A stretch of DNA of 64,000 nt from Nitrospirota bacterium (GTDB lineage: Bacteria; Nitrospirota; UBA9217). The position numbers and the translations under genes were made by a program. The first letter of the stretch is position 1, and the number at the start of each line of letters is the position of its first letter. The stretch covers positions 1,568,001-1,632,000 of the forward strand of contig OY760142.1 in assembly GCA_963663225.1 (NCBI GenBank), in the 5' to 3' direction. Positions 32,085 through 40,592 of this stretch are shown here, piece by piece. Below the pieces are notes generated by a model. The model worked only from the letters and a program-made list of their open reading frames with translations. It was not told where the DNA came from and searched no databases.

Positions 32085-32846
32085 ATGGTACTGAAACGAC
32101 GTCCCCTTATGGCAGGCAACTGGAAGATGAACAAAACCGCGACGGAGGCGCGCGATTTAGCAGCCAAAGTCATTCCGCTTGTGTCGGGAGTGCAGGACAG
32201 GGACATCGTTCTTGCGCCGCCGTTTACAGCCCTCCAAACAGTGGCGGAAACAATCAAGGGCACGAATGTGGCGCTCTCTGCGCAAAATGTCTTTTGGGAG
32301 GAAAAAGGCGCTTATACCGGCGAAATTTCCGCAGAAATGCTGTTGGATTTAGGCTGCGAATATGTTATCATAGGTCATAGTGAACGTCGCCAGTATTTTG
32401 GTGAAACAGACGAAACGGTTAATAAAAAGGTCTGTCTGGCATTAAGCAAACGGCTGCATCCCATTGTCTGTGTGGGGGAAACGCTTCAAGAGCGGGAAGC
32501 CGGCAGGGCGTACGAGGTAATCGAACGCCAAATAACGGGAGCCTTCAAAGGCGTAAGTGCTGCAGAAATGCAGCAGGTCATTGTTGCGTATGAACCTGTT
32601 TGGGCAATCGGCACCGGGAAAACTGCTACACCGGCGCAGGCGGAAGAGGTTCATGCGCGCACCCGGCAGAAGATCAGCGCAATGTTCAACGACGATGTCT
32701 CCGCCGCATTGCGCATTCTGTACGGTGGAAGCGTGACACCGGAAAATGTTTCCGCCCTCATGGCCATGCCGGACATCGATGGCGCGCTGGTGGGCGGCGC
32801 AAGCCTGAAACCCGACTCATTTGCAGCACTGGTGAATTTTAGGTGA
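32085..32846 (+). CDS. tpiA: Triosephosphate isomerase
   Basis: AGNWKMN, IGHSERR, AYEPVWAIGTG, LVGGASL. Confidence 0.98.
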   Translation: MVLKRRPLMAGNWKMNKTATEARDLAAKVIPLVSGVQDRDIVLAPPFTALQTVAETIKGTNVALSAQNVFWEEKGAYTGEISAEMLLDLGCEYVIIGHSERRQYFGETDETVNKKVCLALSKRLHPIVCVGETLQEREAGRAYEVIERQITGAFKGVSAAEMQQVIVAYEPVWAIGTGKTATPAQAEEVHARTRQKISAMFNDDVSAALRILYGGSVTPENVSALMAMPDIDGALVGGASLKPDSFAALVNFR

Positions 32847-32914
32847 CCGCACGGAACGTTTTCCGCAAACAGCGCGAACGGTGCGGTGAATCTATAATAG
32901 CGTAGGAGGAAGTA

Positions 32915-33229
32915 ATGCATATTTTGGTAGTAATCGTTCATGTTCTTGTCGCCATTATCCTAATCCTGATGGTTCTTCTGCAAAAAGGCAAAGGTGCCGA
33001 CATCGGCGCAGCCTTCGGCGGTGCATCACAGACCGTATTCGGTCCCCGAGGAGCGCAAAGCTTTTTATCGAAGCTTACGACAGGTGCTGCGGTACTGTTT
33101 ATGGTAACCTCGCTGGTGCTGGCAATCACGGAATCAAAGAAAAGCTCGGTTATGGAAGGTGTGAAGCAGGAACAGACGGCGCCTGCTGTTCCGCCAGCCC
33201 AGGCACCCGCACCACAGCCGCCGAAATAA
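32915..33229 (+). CDS. secG: Preprotein translocase subunit SecG
   Basis: [23 protein letters not shown]; canonical position after tpiA. Confidence 0.95.
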   Translation: MHILVVIVHVLVAIILILMVLLQKGKGADIGAAFGGASQTVFGPRGAQSFLSKLTTGAAVLFMVTSLVLAITESKKSSVMEGVKQEQTAPAVPPAQAPAPQPPK

Positions 33230-33353
33230 TTGTCCATACTGTCCCGCTTGATGCACACCGTTACGGGGGTAGGCCTTGCCTACCCTTTTATTTTTTATGA
33301 TAACCACAGTGATCAAGAAGCCAGAAAACACGTATCTCCTGCAGCCGTCATCG

Positions 33354-34970
33354 ATGGACGTTTCCTCCCTGCGCAGAAAGGCGGTTTTTTTTCTGCGGCT
33401 CCTGCTGCCGTCCCTTTGCCTGCTTTTCCCGCTCCTTTTTGCGTGCGGGCAGAAGGTTGAGCGGAATCCGAATACCTTTATTGAAAGCTCAATCGGCGAT
33501 GCACGCCGGCTGAATCCGATCATTGCGAACGACAGCGCTTCGGGCACCATTAATGATTTGGTTTTTAACGGTTTGGTCAAATACGACAAGGACATCAAGC
33601 TGATAGGGGATCTGGCGGAACGCTGGACGATCTCGAATGCGGGGAAAACAATTACCTTTTACCTTCGCAAGGGCGTGACCTGGCATGACGGCGTGGAATT
33701 TACCGCTGAGGACTGTCTCTTCACGTATCAGAAAATAACTGATCCTGCGGTAGCCACGCCATACAGCAGTTCGTACATGGACGTGATCAAGGCTGAAGCC
33801 GTAGGCAAGCATATTTTCCGCGTGACGTACAAAGAGCCGTTCTCGCCCGCGCTCGAAAGCTGGGCGATCGGAATGCTTCCGAAACATATTCTTGTCGAGA
33901 AGGATATCAATACCGATCCTTTTAACCGCAATCCCGTTGGAACAGGGCCGTACAAGTTCCGGGAATGGGTTGCAGGACAGAAGATTGTGCTCGATGCAAA
34001 TGATCATTATTTCGAGGGAAGACCGCATATAGACCAGGTCATCTACCGCATTATTCCGGACAGCTCGACCATGTTCCAGGAGCTGCTGTCCGGAGGGATT
34101 GATATGATGGGTCTGAATCCGCTTCAATACCTTCGCAAAAGCGAGACCCGCAGAATCAAGGAAAATTACCGGAAGTTCAGATATCCGGCAAACGGATTTA
34201 CCTACCTGGGATATAATTTAAGAAATCCGCTTTTTGCGGACAAACACGTTCGACAGGCCCTGGCTTATGCAATCGACCGGCAGGCGATCATTGATGGAAT
34301 CGTGCTCGGCCTCGGCAGGCCATGTACGGGCCCGTTCTCCGATGTCTCCTGGGCATACAACCGGAATGCCAAGAGCTATCCGTATGATCCTGAACAGGCG
34401 ACACGGATGCTTGCAGAGGCAGGCTGGACAACGTCCGGAACCGGCGGTGTTCTGGAGAAAAACGGCAAGCCGTTCCGCTTCACGATCATGACCAATCAGG
34501 GAAATAATGAGCGGATCCGGGCCGCTGAAATTATCCAGCAGAACTGCAAAAAAGTAGGGATTGAGGTAAACATCCGGGTCATGGAATGGCAGGCGTTTCT
34601 CGAACAGATCGACAAACGGTCTTTTGACGCCATAATCCTCGGCTGGAGCATGGGAAGGGATCCGGACATCTACGACATCTGGCACTCCAGCAAAACCAAG
34701 AAGGGCGAATATAATTTCATCGGATACAACAACGCGGAAGTTGACCGGCTGCTTATCGAAGGCCGCCGGACTTTCGACAGAGAGAAGCGAACGCGAATAT
34801 ACCACCGGATCCACGCGATTCTGGCAGAGGAACAGCCCTATGCCTTTCTGTATGTGCCGGATGCGACTCCGATCGTGCACAAACGCTTCAAAGGGATTGC
34901 GGTCGCGTCGCTCGGCATCATGTATAATTTCACGAAGTGGTACGTGCCGAACAACAGGGTTGAATGGTGA
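33354..34970 (+). CDS. Peptide/nickel ABC transporter substrate-binding lipoprotein (SBP family 5); start uncertain
   Basis: Lipobox LFAC, DLAERW, LRKGVTWHDG, VGTGPY, VRQAL. Confidence 0.9.
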   Translation: MDVSSLRRKAVFFLRLLLPSLCLLFPLLFACGQKVERNPNTFIESSIGDARRLNPIIANDSASGTINDLVFNGLVKYDKDIKLIGDLAERWTISNAGKTITFYLRKGVTWHDGVEFTAEDCLFTYQKITDPAVATPYSSSYMDVIKAEAVGKHIFRVTYKEPFSPALESWAIGMLPKHILVEKDINTDPFNRNPVGTGPYKFREWVAGQKIVLDANDHYFEGRPHIDQVIYRIIPDSSTMFQELLSGGIDMMGLNPLQYLRKSETRRIKENYRKFRYPANGFTYLGYNLRNPLFADKHVRQALAYAIDRQAIIDGIVLGLGRPCTGPFSDVSWAYNRNAKSYPYDPEQATRMLAEAGWTTSGTGGVLEKNGKPFRFTIMTNQGNNERIRAAEIIQQNCKKVGIEVNIRVMEWQAFLEQIDKRSFDAIILGWSMGRDPDIYDIWHSSKTKKGEYNFIGYNNAEVDRLLIEGRRTFDREKRTRIYHRIHAILAEEQPYAFLYVPDATPIVHKRFKGIAVASLGIMYNFTKWYVPNNRVEW

Positions 34971-35005
34971 TTCCAGAACCAGCACCGGGCATTTCATAAA
35001 ATCAC

Positions 35006-35989
35006 ATGTCCATCATTTGCGTACAGAACCTTACAAAGCAGTTTAAATCCCTCAACGCAGTGGACGGCATCTCTTTTTGCGTTGATGAAGGAGAGGTATT
35101 TGGTTTTCTCGGGCCGAACGGCGCCGGAAAAACCACGACCATCAACATCCTGTGCACGCTCCTCTCCGCAACGGCGGGAAAAGCGGAAATTGCGGGTTTT
35201 GACTGCGCGAAGCACCCAGATCAGGTGCGCTCCGCCATCGGCCTCATATTTCAGGATACGACGCTTGACATGGGGCTCACGGCCTATGAAAATCTCAAGT
35301 TTCATGCATATTTGTACAACCTTGACCGCGCTCTGGCCGATCGCAGGATTGATGAGATGCTTGCCGTGGTAGAACTCCGGGACCGCAAACATGACCTTAT
35401 TAAAAATTTTTCCGGAGGGATGAAGCGGCGTCTTGAGATTGCGCGGGGTCTTTTGCATTATCCGCGGGTGCTGTTTCTTGATGAGCCAACCATCGGCCTT
35501 GACCCGCAGACCCGCAGCTCGATTTGGGACTTCATCAACTCTCTCAGGAAAAAAGAAAAAATAACGGTTTTTATGACGACGCATTACATGGAAGAGGCCG
35601 AGAACTGCGATCGCATCGCCATCATTGACCATGGTAAAATCATTGCACTCGACACGCCGGCCCGGCTTGAGGAAACGATCCACGGCGATGTTATTCACCT
35701 TATAACTGTCGACAACGAACGCGCTATGCAGGAGATCCGGAAAACATTCAACATCGCCGTTCGGGAAGAAAACGGCGGTCTCTCCCTAGAAGTTGAAAAA
35801 GGCGATGAATTCGTCCCTCGATTGATCCACGCTCTTTCGGTCAGAACGGTGTCCGTAAACCTGAAAAAATCCACATTGAACGATGTGTTCCTGAGGCTTA
35901 CCGGAAGGACCATTCGTGACGATATTGCGCAGGGAAGCAGGGAAACCACGCGTGAGTTCGTGCGCAGTCACCGGAGGGCGCAGCGTTGA
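35006..35989 (+). CDS. ABC-2 exporter ATP-binding subunit (DrrA-like)
   Basis: GPNGAGKTT, FSGGMKRR, LFLDEPT, TTHYMEEA. Confidence 0.93.
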   Translation: MSIICVQNLTKQFKSLNAVDGISFCVDEGEVFGFLGPNGAGKTTTINILCTLLSATAGKAEIAGFDCAKHPDQVRSAIGLIFQDTTLDMGLTAYENLKFHAYLYNLDRALADRRIDEMLAVVELRDRKHDLIKNFSGGMKRRLEIARGLLHYPRVLFLDEPTIGLDPQTRSSIWDFINSLRKKEKITVFMTTHYMEEAENCDRIAIIDHGKIIALDTPARLEETIHGDVIHLITVDNERAMQEIRKTFNIAVREENGGLSLEVEKGDEFVPRLIHALSVRTVSVNLKKSTLNDVFLRLTGRTIRDDIAQGSRETTREFVRSHRRAQR

Positions 35990-36753
35990 TACAACTCCGT
36001 GCCATGTATGTCATCTGCAATCGGGAGTTTATAAAATTTTTCCGCGAGAAAAGCAGGCTGCTCGGGACCCTTGCCCGTCCTGTTCTCTGGCTGTTCGTGG
36101 TGGGGAGCGGGATGAGCGCGCTGATCAGGCCGCAGGCGGGTTTTTCTTATATTCAATTCATTTTTCCTGGCATGATCGGAATGACGATTCTTTTCTCATC
36201 AATTTTTTCATCCATCTCGATTGTCTGGGACCGGGAGTTCGGCTTTATGAAAGAAATGCTGATCGCACCCATCTCGCGCGTTTCCATCGTGTTCGGGAAA
36301 GCATTCTCCGGCATGTTTATATCAACGGCACAGGCCCTGATCATTCTGCTTCTCGTACCTCTTCTCGGCATTCAGGTAACGCTTGCACAGTTTTTTGAAG
36401 TCGTGGCCGCATCGCTGATCGTTTCGTTCTGCATCACCTCTCTGGGAATTCTGATCGCGGTAAGAATGGTCTCCTTCGACGGTTTCAATGTTATTATGAA
36501 TTTTCTTGTCATGCCGATGTTTTTTCTCTCCGGCGCCATGTACCCGGTTTCCTCGCTTCCAGCCGTGCTGAAGGAAATGTCGTATCTTAATCCGCTCACC
36601 TATGGCGTTGATCTCTTCAAACATTCGCTGCTTCGCAACAGCATACCCCCTCTGGGAGCGGAGTTTCCACTGGCACTCGATCTTGTTATTATTTTTGCGG
36701 TATCAGCCGTTACGATTGCCTGTGCGGCGTGGTCGTTCAGAAGGCAGGATTGA
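35986..36753 (+). CDS. ABC-2 type permease (DrrB-like)
   Basis: DREFGFMKEMLIAP, PMFFLSGAMYP, NPLTY; six hydrophobic segments. Confidence 0.92.
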   Translation: MIQLRAMYVICNREFIKFFREKSRLLGTLARPVLWLFVVGSGMSALIRPQAGFSYIQFIFPGMIGMTILFSSIFSSISIVWDREFGFMKEMLIAPISRVSIVFGKAFSGMFISTAQALIILLLVPLLGIQVTLAQFFEVVAASLIVSFCITSLGILIAVRMVSFDGFNVIMNFLVMPMFFLSGAMYPVSSLPAVLKEMSYLNPLTYGVDLFKHSLLRNSIPPLGAEFPLALDLVIIFAVSAVTIACAAWSFRRQD

Positions 36754-36797
36754 CGGTTGCTGCAAACGATGTATGTGCGGCCGGTCAGGTATTGCTT

Positions 36798-39254
36798 TTA
36801 TTTCTTGTCCGGGAGTGGACCTTTCCGCAAAGGCGCTTCGTTGTCTTCGTTTCTGTCTTTTCTCTCTTCGCTTTTATCGTCTTTTTTCATTTTTTTAGAC
36901 ATTGCTTTCAGGCGGTTGTCGACCAGAAAATTGATGGTACCTTCGGGATAGGACCCGTCCGTCTTCCGCTCACCTGCAGGGAGGCCCATGAGGATCTCCA
37001 GTGCCTCGTTTATTGACGCGACTGCGTATATTCTGAATGTTCCATTCCGAACAGCATCCACCACGTCTTTTCTGAGCATCAGATTTTTGATATTCAACCG
37101 GGGGATAATGACACCCTGGTCGCCGGACAATCCGCGATTTTTACAAACGGCAAAAAACCCTTCTATTTTTTCGTTCACCCCGCCGATGGGCTGGATTTCC
37201 CCCCGCTGGTTGATCGAGCCGGTAATTGCGATATTTTGCCGGACCGGCAGTTCGGCAATCGCGGAAATCAGCGCGATGAGCTCCGCTGCGGAGGCGCTGT
37301 CGCCTTCTATTTCTCCGTAGCTTTGTTCAAAGGCAAGGCTTGCGGAAAGCGAGAGCGCCTGGTTCTGGGCATAGGTGCCCCCCAGATAGCCTTCGAGAAT
37401 GAGTACGCCTTTGTTATAGATGCGGCCGGACAGCTTTGCCTCGCGTTCAATGTTGACGATGCCCGTTTTGCCTAAAAAAACGCGGCTGGTAATCCGTGAC
37501 GGTTTACCGAACGAAAAATCCCCGATTTCATAAATAGACAAGCCATTCACCTGGCCGGCCACCGCGCCGGCGAGGTCCACCATGAGTGTTCCGTCTTCAT
37601 ACAGTTCCTGGATGCGCTCGTCAATCAGGTTGGCACGATAGATTTCTTCATCAAGCGCCTTGTCCACATGTTCGGCAAGAACCACGCTGCTGCCTCCCCG
37701 GGCGGCCCAATATGATGATTCCCGCACGAGGTCGGCGAGGTTGTTGAACCGGAGCGAGAGTTTTTCCTTTTTTTCGGCAAGCCGCACGGCATGGTCTATG
37801 ACACCCGCGACGGCGCTCCGGTCGAACGGAAGAAGGCCGTCATGCTTTCCGATATTTCCGATGAAGTTGGCATAGAGCATTTTTTCTTCAGGGGAATTTT
37901 TCGTCTGCGTGTCAAAATCCGATTTGACTTTAAAGAGCTCGCGAAAATCCTCATCATAGCTGTACAGGAGATGATACAGCCAGGGGCTGCCGAGCATGAT
38001 GATTTTCAGAGAAACCGGAATGGGTTCTGGTTTGATTCCACCGCCGGTGAAACCATAGAGTTCATACACATCCTCAATGGTTACCTCGTTTTTTTTGATA
38101 ATACGCTTGATCGCGTCCCAGGAAAATGGGTTCCTGAGCACGTCGAGCGCGTTCAGCAGGAGATAGCCGCCGTTAGCCTTCAGGACTGCGCCGCACTTGA
38201 TCATGGTGAAGTTGGTGTAAAAAGCGCCGAATTTCGCCTTGCGCTCGATGCGCCCCACGAGCTTGTTGTATGTCGGGTTTGCTTCTTCCACGAGCGGCGC
38301 TCCTTTGGTGTCGGCATTGTCCACAACAAGGTTTACTTTGTAGCGCTCCAGAAAATTCCCCTTGTCCATGCCTTCCATGGAAAACGGCATTTCCTGGGTT
38401 TGTCCCAGAAAATCGCGCAGATTTCGCAGAATGTCCTCTTCAACATCTGCAAGATATTCAAGAATACGGGGCTGAGCCCGGTATTTCTCCTTGAGCTCCT
38501 CTAATTGATGCCCCATCGCAAAGCGGACAATACGGCGGTTCAGGTCGTGGAGTTTTTCATGCATTTCCTTATCGAGTTGGCGGGCTTTCGCAAGAAAATC
38601 CCGGATCGCCGAATCTACCTTTTTTTCGCGGTCCTCAAGATCACGCCTCTGGTCCAGGCTAAGCTTCTCCATGTCCTGCTGCTCAAGAGGTTTTCCTTTC
38701 CACAAAGGTACTTTGACAATACCTGTTCTGGTAATGGACAGCTGAAAGCCCAGTTCCACCGCGTGCGCGCCGGCTTCGCTGAAGAGGACTTCCTTTGCTT
38801 TTTCCACGTCATTTACAATGCGGCTTTTTTGCTCCTCATATTCCTTGGATTCAAAAACCTTGGGAATTTCCGCCTGCATAAACTCGATGAACCTTTCGAT
38901 GTCATGCTGGAATTCTCGGCCTTTCCCGGGGAAAAGGCTTACAGCGCGCGGGTTGTCGGGGTCGGAAAAGTTGTTAATATAGCACCAATCAGCAGGAACA
39001 GGGCGATCAAGCGCAATTTTACTTATGATTGACTTGACGATCGTGGTTCTGCCTGTGCCCGGAATGCCCGAAACGAAGATGTTATATCCGTGGTTCCGTA
39101 TGGAAAGACCGAATTCGATCGCCTTGACAGCGCGTGTCTGGCCGATGACCTTGTCCTCAAGCGGCAGTTCAGCAGTTGTCTGGAAGGTAAACTCGGAAGG
39201 ATCGCATGCATGCCGAAGTTCAGAAAGAGGTACTTCGTGGCCCTTGATAGGCAT
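36798..39254 (-). CDS. Lon-like protease (LonC/YcbZ type)
   Basis: IGQTRA, degenerate Walker A GIPGTGRT, ANGGYL, GQVNGL, EGDSAS (catalytic Ser), GGVNEKIEGF (catalytic Lys). Confidence 0.9.
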   Translation of the reverse strand: MPIKGHEVPLSELRHACDPSEFTFQTTAELPLEDKVIGQTRAVKAIEFGLSIRNHGYNIFVSGIPGTGRTTIVKSIISKIALDRPVPADWCYINNFSDPDNPRAVSLFPGKGREFQHDIERFIEFMQAEIPKVFESKEYEEQKSRIVNDVEKAKEVLFSEAGAHAVELGFQLSITRTGIVKVPLWKGKPLEQQDMEKLSLDQRRDLEDREKKVDSAIRDFLAKARQLDKEMHEKLHDLNRRIVRFAMGHQLEELKEKYRAQPRILEYLADVEEDILRNLRDFLGQTQEMPFSMEGMDKGNFLERYKVNLVVDNADTKGAPLVEEANPTYNKLVGRIERKAKFGAFYTNFTMIKCGAVLKANGGYLLLNALDVLRNPFSWDAIKRIIKKNEVTIEDVYELYGFTGGGIKPEPIPVSLKIIMLGSPWLYHLLYSYDEDFRELFKVKSDFDTQTKNSPEEKMLYANFIGNIGKHDGLLPFDRSAVAGVIDHAVRLAEKKEKLSLRFNNLADLVRESSYWAARGGSSVVLAEHVDKALDEEIYRANLIDERIQELYEDGTLMVDLAGAVAGQVNGLSIYEIGDFSFGKPSRITSRVFLGKTGIVNIEREAKLSGRIYNKGVLILEGYLGGTYAQNQALSLSASLAFEQSYGEIEGDSASAAELIALISAIAELPVRQNIAITGSINQRGEIQPIGGVNEKIEGFFAVCKNRGLSGDQGVIIPRLNIKNLMLRKDVVDAVRNGTFRIYAVASINEALEILMGLPAGERKTDGSYPEGTINFLVDNRLKAMSKKMKKDDKSEERKDRNEDNEAPLRKGPLPDKK

Positions 39255-39576
39255 ATCAACCTCCTTGTCGATACATCAGCTGTTAAAATTGTATGCGCCA
39301 CTATCGTCCTTGTCAAGGGATCTGCAGTCTACGGCGCGTGACCGGACAAAAACAATTTTTATTGCTTTTTTTTGCAAGGGTCACTATAATTTTTCCTGGT
39401 ATACTTAAAATACAGCACGGTGAACACGCTGAACAAAATCGCGGGACTTTTTGCGGGAGGCTTTACACGAATGGCGCCAAAGAACGACTTCCGGCAGAAA
39501 TGGCGGCAGAATACTGACGATTGCGCAGTAATGCAGATTTAAGCTTTGAGCGCTTTATACGAACAACGGAGGCAGT

Positions 39577-40152
39577 GTGGAAAATTTACAACGCTGGTAT
39601 GGAGAAAACAGAAGAGCGGGGGCAGATCGAAGGAAATTTGCAGACCCGAATTTTTTGGGGCCGGACACGAGAACCGGAAAGGACAGAAGATACCGGGAAA
39701 AACGACAGCTTCTTGTCCGGTGTCCCCATTGCCTCATGCTGAACAGGGTCTTGCTTGACAAGCTGTTTACCAAACCGGTGTGCGGCAATTGCAAAGCAGT
39801 TCTCGATTTTCCCCAGCAGCCGGTTTGGGTGAAATCTGACGGATTTGAGCGTTCAATTGCGCACTGGCCGGAGACCCTTCTGGTGGTATTTACGGCGCCG
39901 CTCTGCCTTTACTGTAAAATAGTCGATCCGGTTCTGCAGGAACTGTCCTGGGAAAAAGCGGGGCAGTTAAAAGTCATGAAGGTTGATGCTGAGTCCGAAC
40001 AGGATTTGTCCCGGCGCTTGAGTGTCGAAAAGACCCCTACGTTTATTCTGTATAAAAACGGAGAGAAAGTTCTGCGTATTGATGGTGCGCCGAAAGATAA
40101 AACTGATATTGCCAAATGGGTCACAAACATCATAAACTTTTCAAACTACTGA
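39577..40152 (+). CDS. TrxC-like thioredoxin with Zn ribbon and Arg-rich N-terminal extension
   Basis: CPHC...CGNC, FTAPLCLYCK, KVDAE, TPT, GA; SD GGAGG before GTG. Confidence 0.8.
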   Translation: MENLQRWYGENRRAGADRRKFADPNFLGPDTRTGKDRRYREKRQLLVRCPHCLMLNRVLLDKLFTKPVCGNCKAVLDFPQQPVWVKSDGFERSIAHWPETLLVVFTAPLCLYCKIVDPVLQELSWEKAGQLKVMKVDAESEQDLSRRLSVEKTPTFILYKNGEKVLRIDGAPKDKTDIAKWVTNIINFSNY

Positions 40153-40592
40153 TTTCTGTTCCTCCCAACAAAGCGCAAGACACTATCTGGGTTCGTATTC
40201 AGCCAATGCGCGAGGAGCGTAGAGAACGGTTTTCTTAAGATACTCCCTCTTTTTTTCTGCTTACTGGCCCTCCAGATACCGAACTGAAAACAGTAAAGAA
40301 TTCTGCCGATCTTCCGAAAAGATACGGAAGATAATCATTTATACAAACAGCTACGAAAAGAATCTTCTAACTGGATGAAAATTTTGTCAGAATTGCTTGC
40401 ATGAAATCTGCCCCAAAGCGGCGCGTATCGTGTTGTGCGCAACGGGGGAAAAACGAACTATAACAGCCATAATCGTTTTTTTTATGAATAGCAAAAGGAT
40501 ATGTTGACTTCCCTGTCAAGAAAGGCTAAACTGCGAATAAGTTACAAGAATTATAACTTTTTCCCGATTTCGCGCCCAACGGTTATTATCGA

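Noticed and set aside
33229-33354. tRNA often found after secG
   Set aside because: No T-loop (GTTCRA) or cloverleaf is visible here or elsewhere in the window.
36798-39254. Walker A Lys-to-Arg in the Lon-like protease as a novelty
   Set aside because: A degenerate ATPase module is an established feature of LonC-type proteases.
40505-40520. TTGAC-N6-GTCAA as an FNR/CRP-type box before the GGDEF-EAL gene
   Set aside because: The spacer is 6 rather than 4; it is adequately explained as the -35 of TTGACT-N17-TAAACT.
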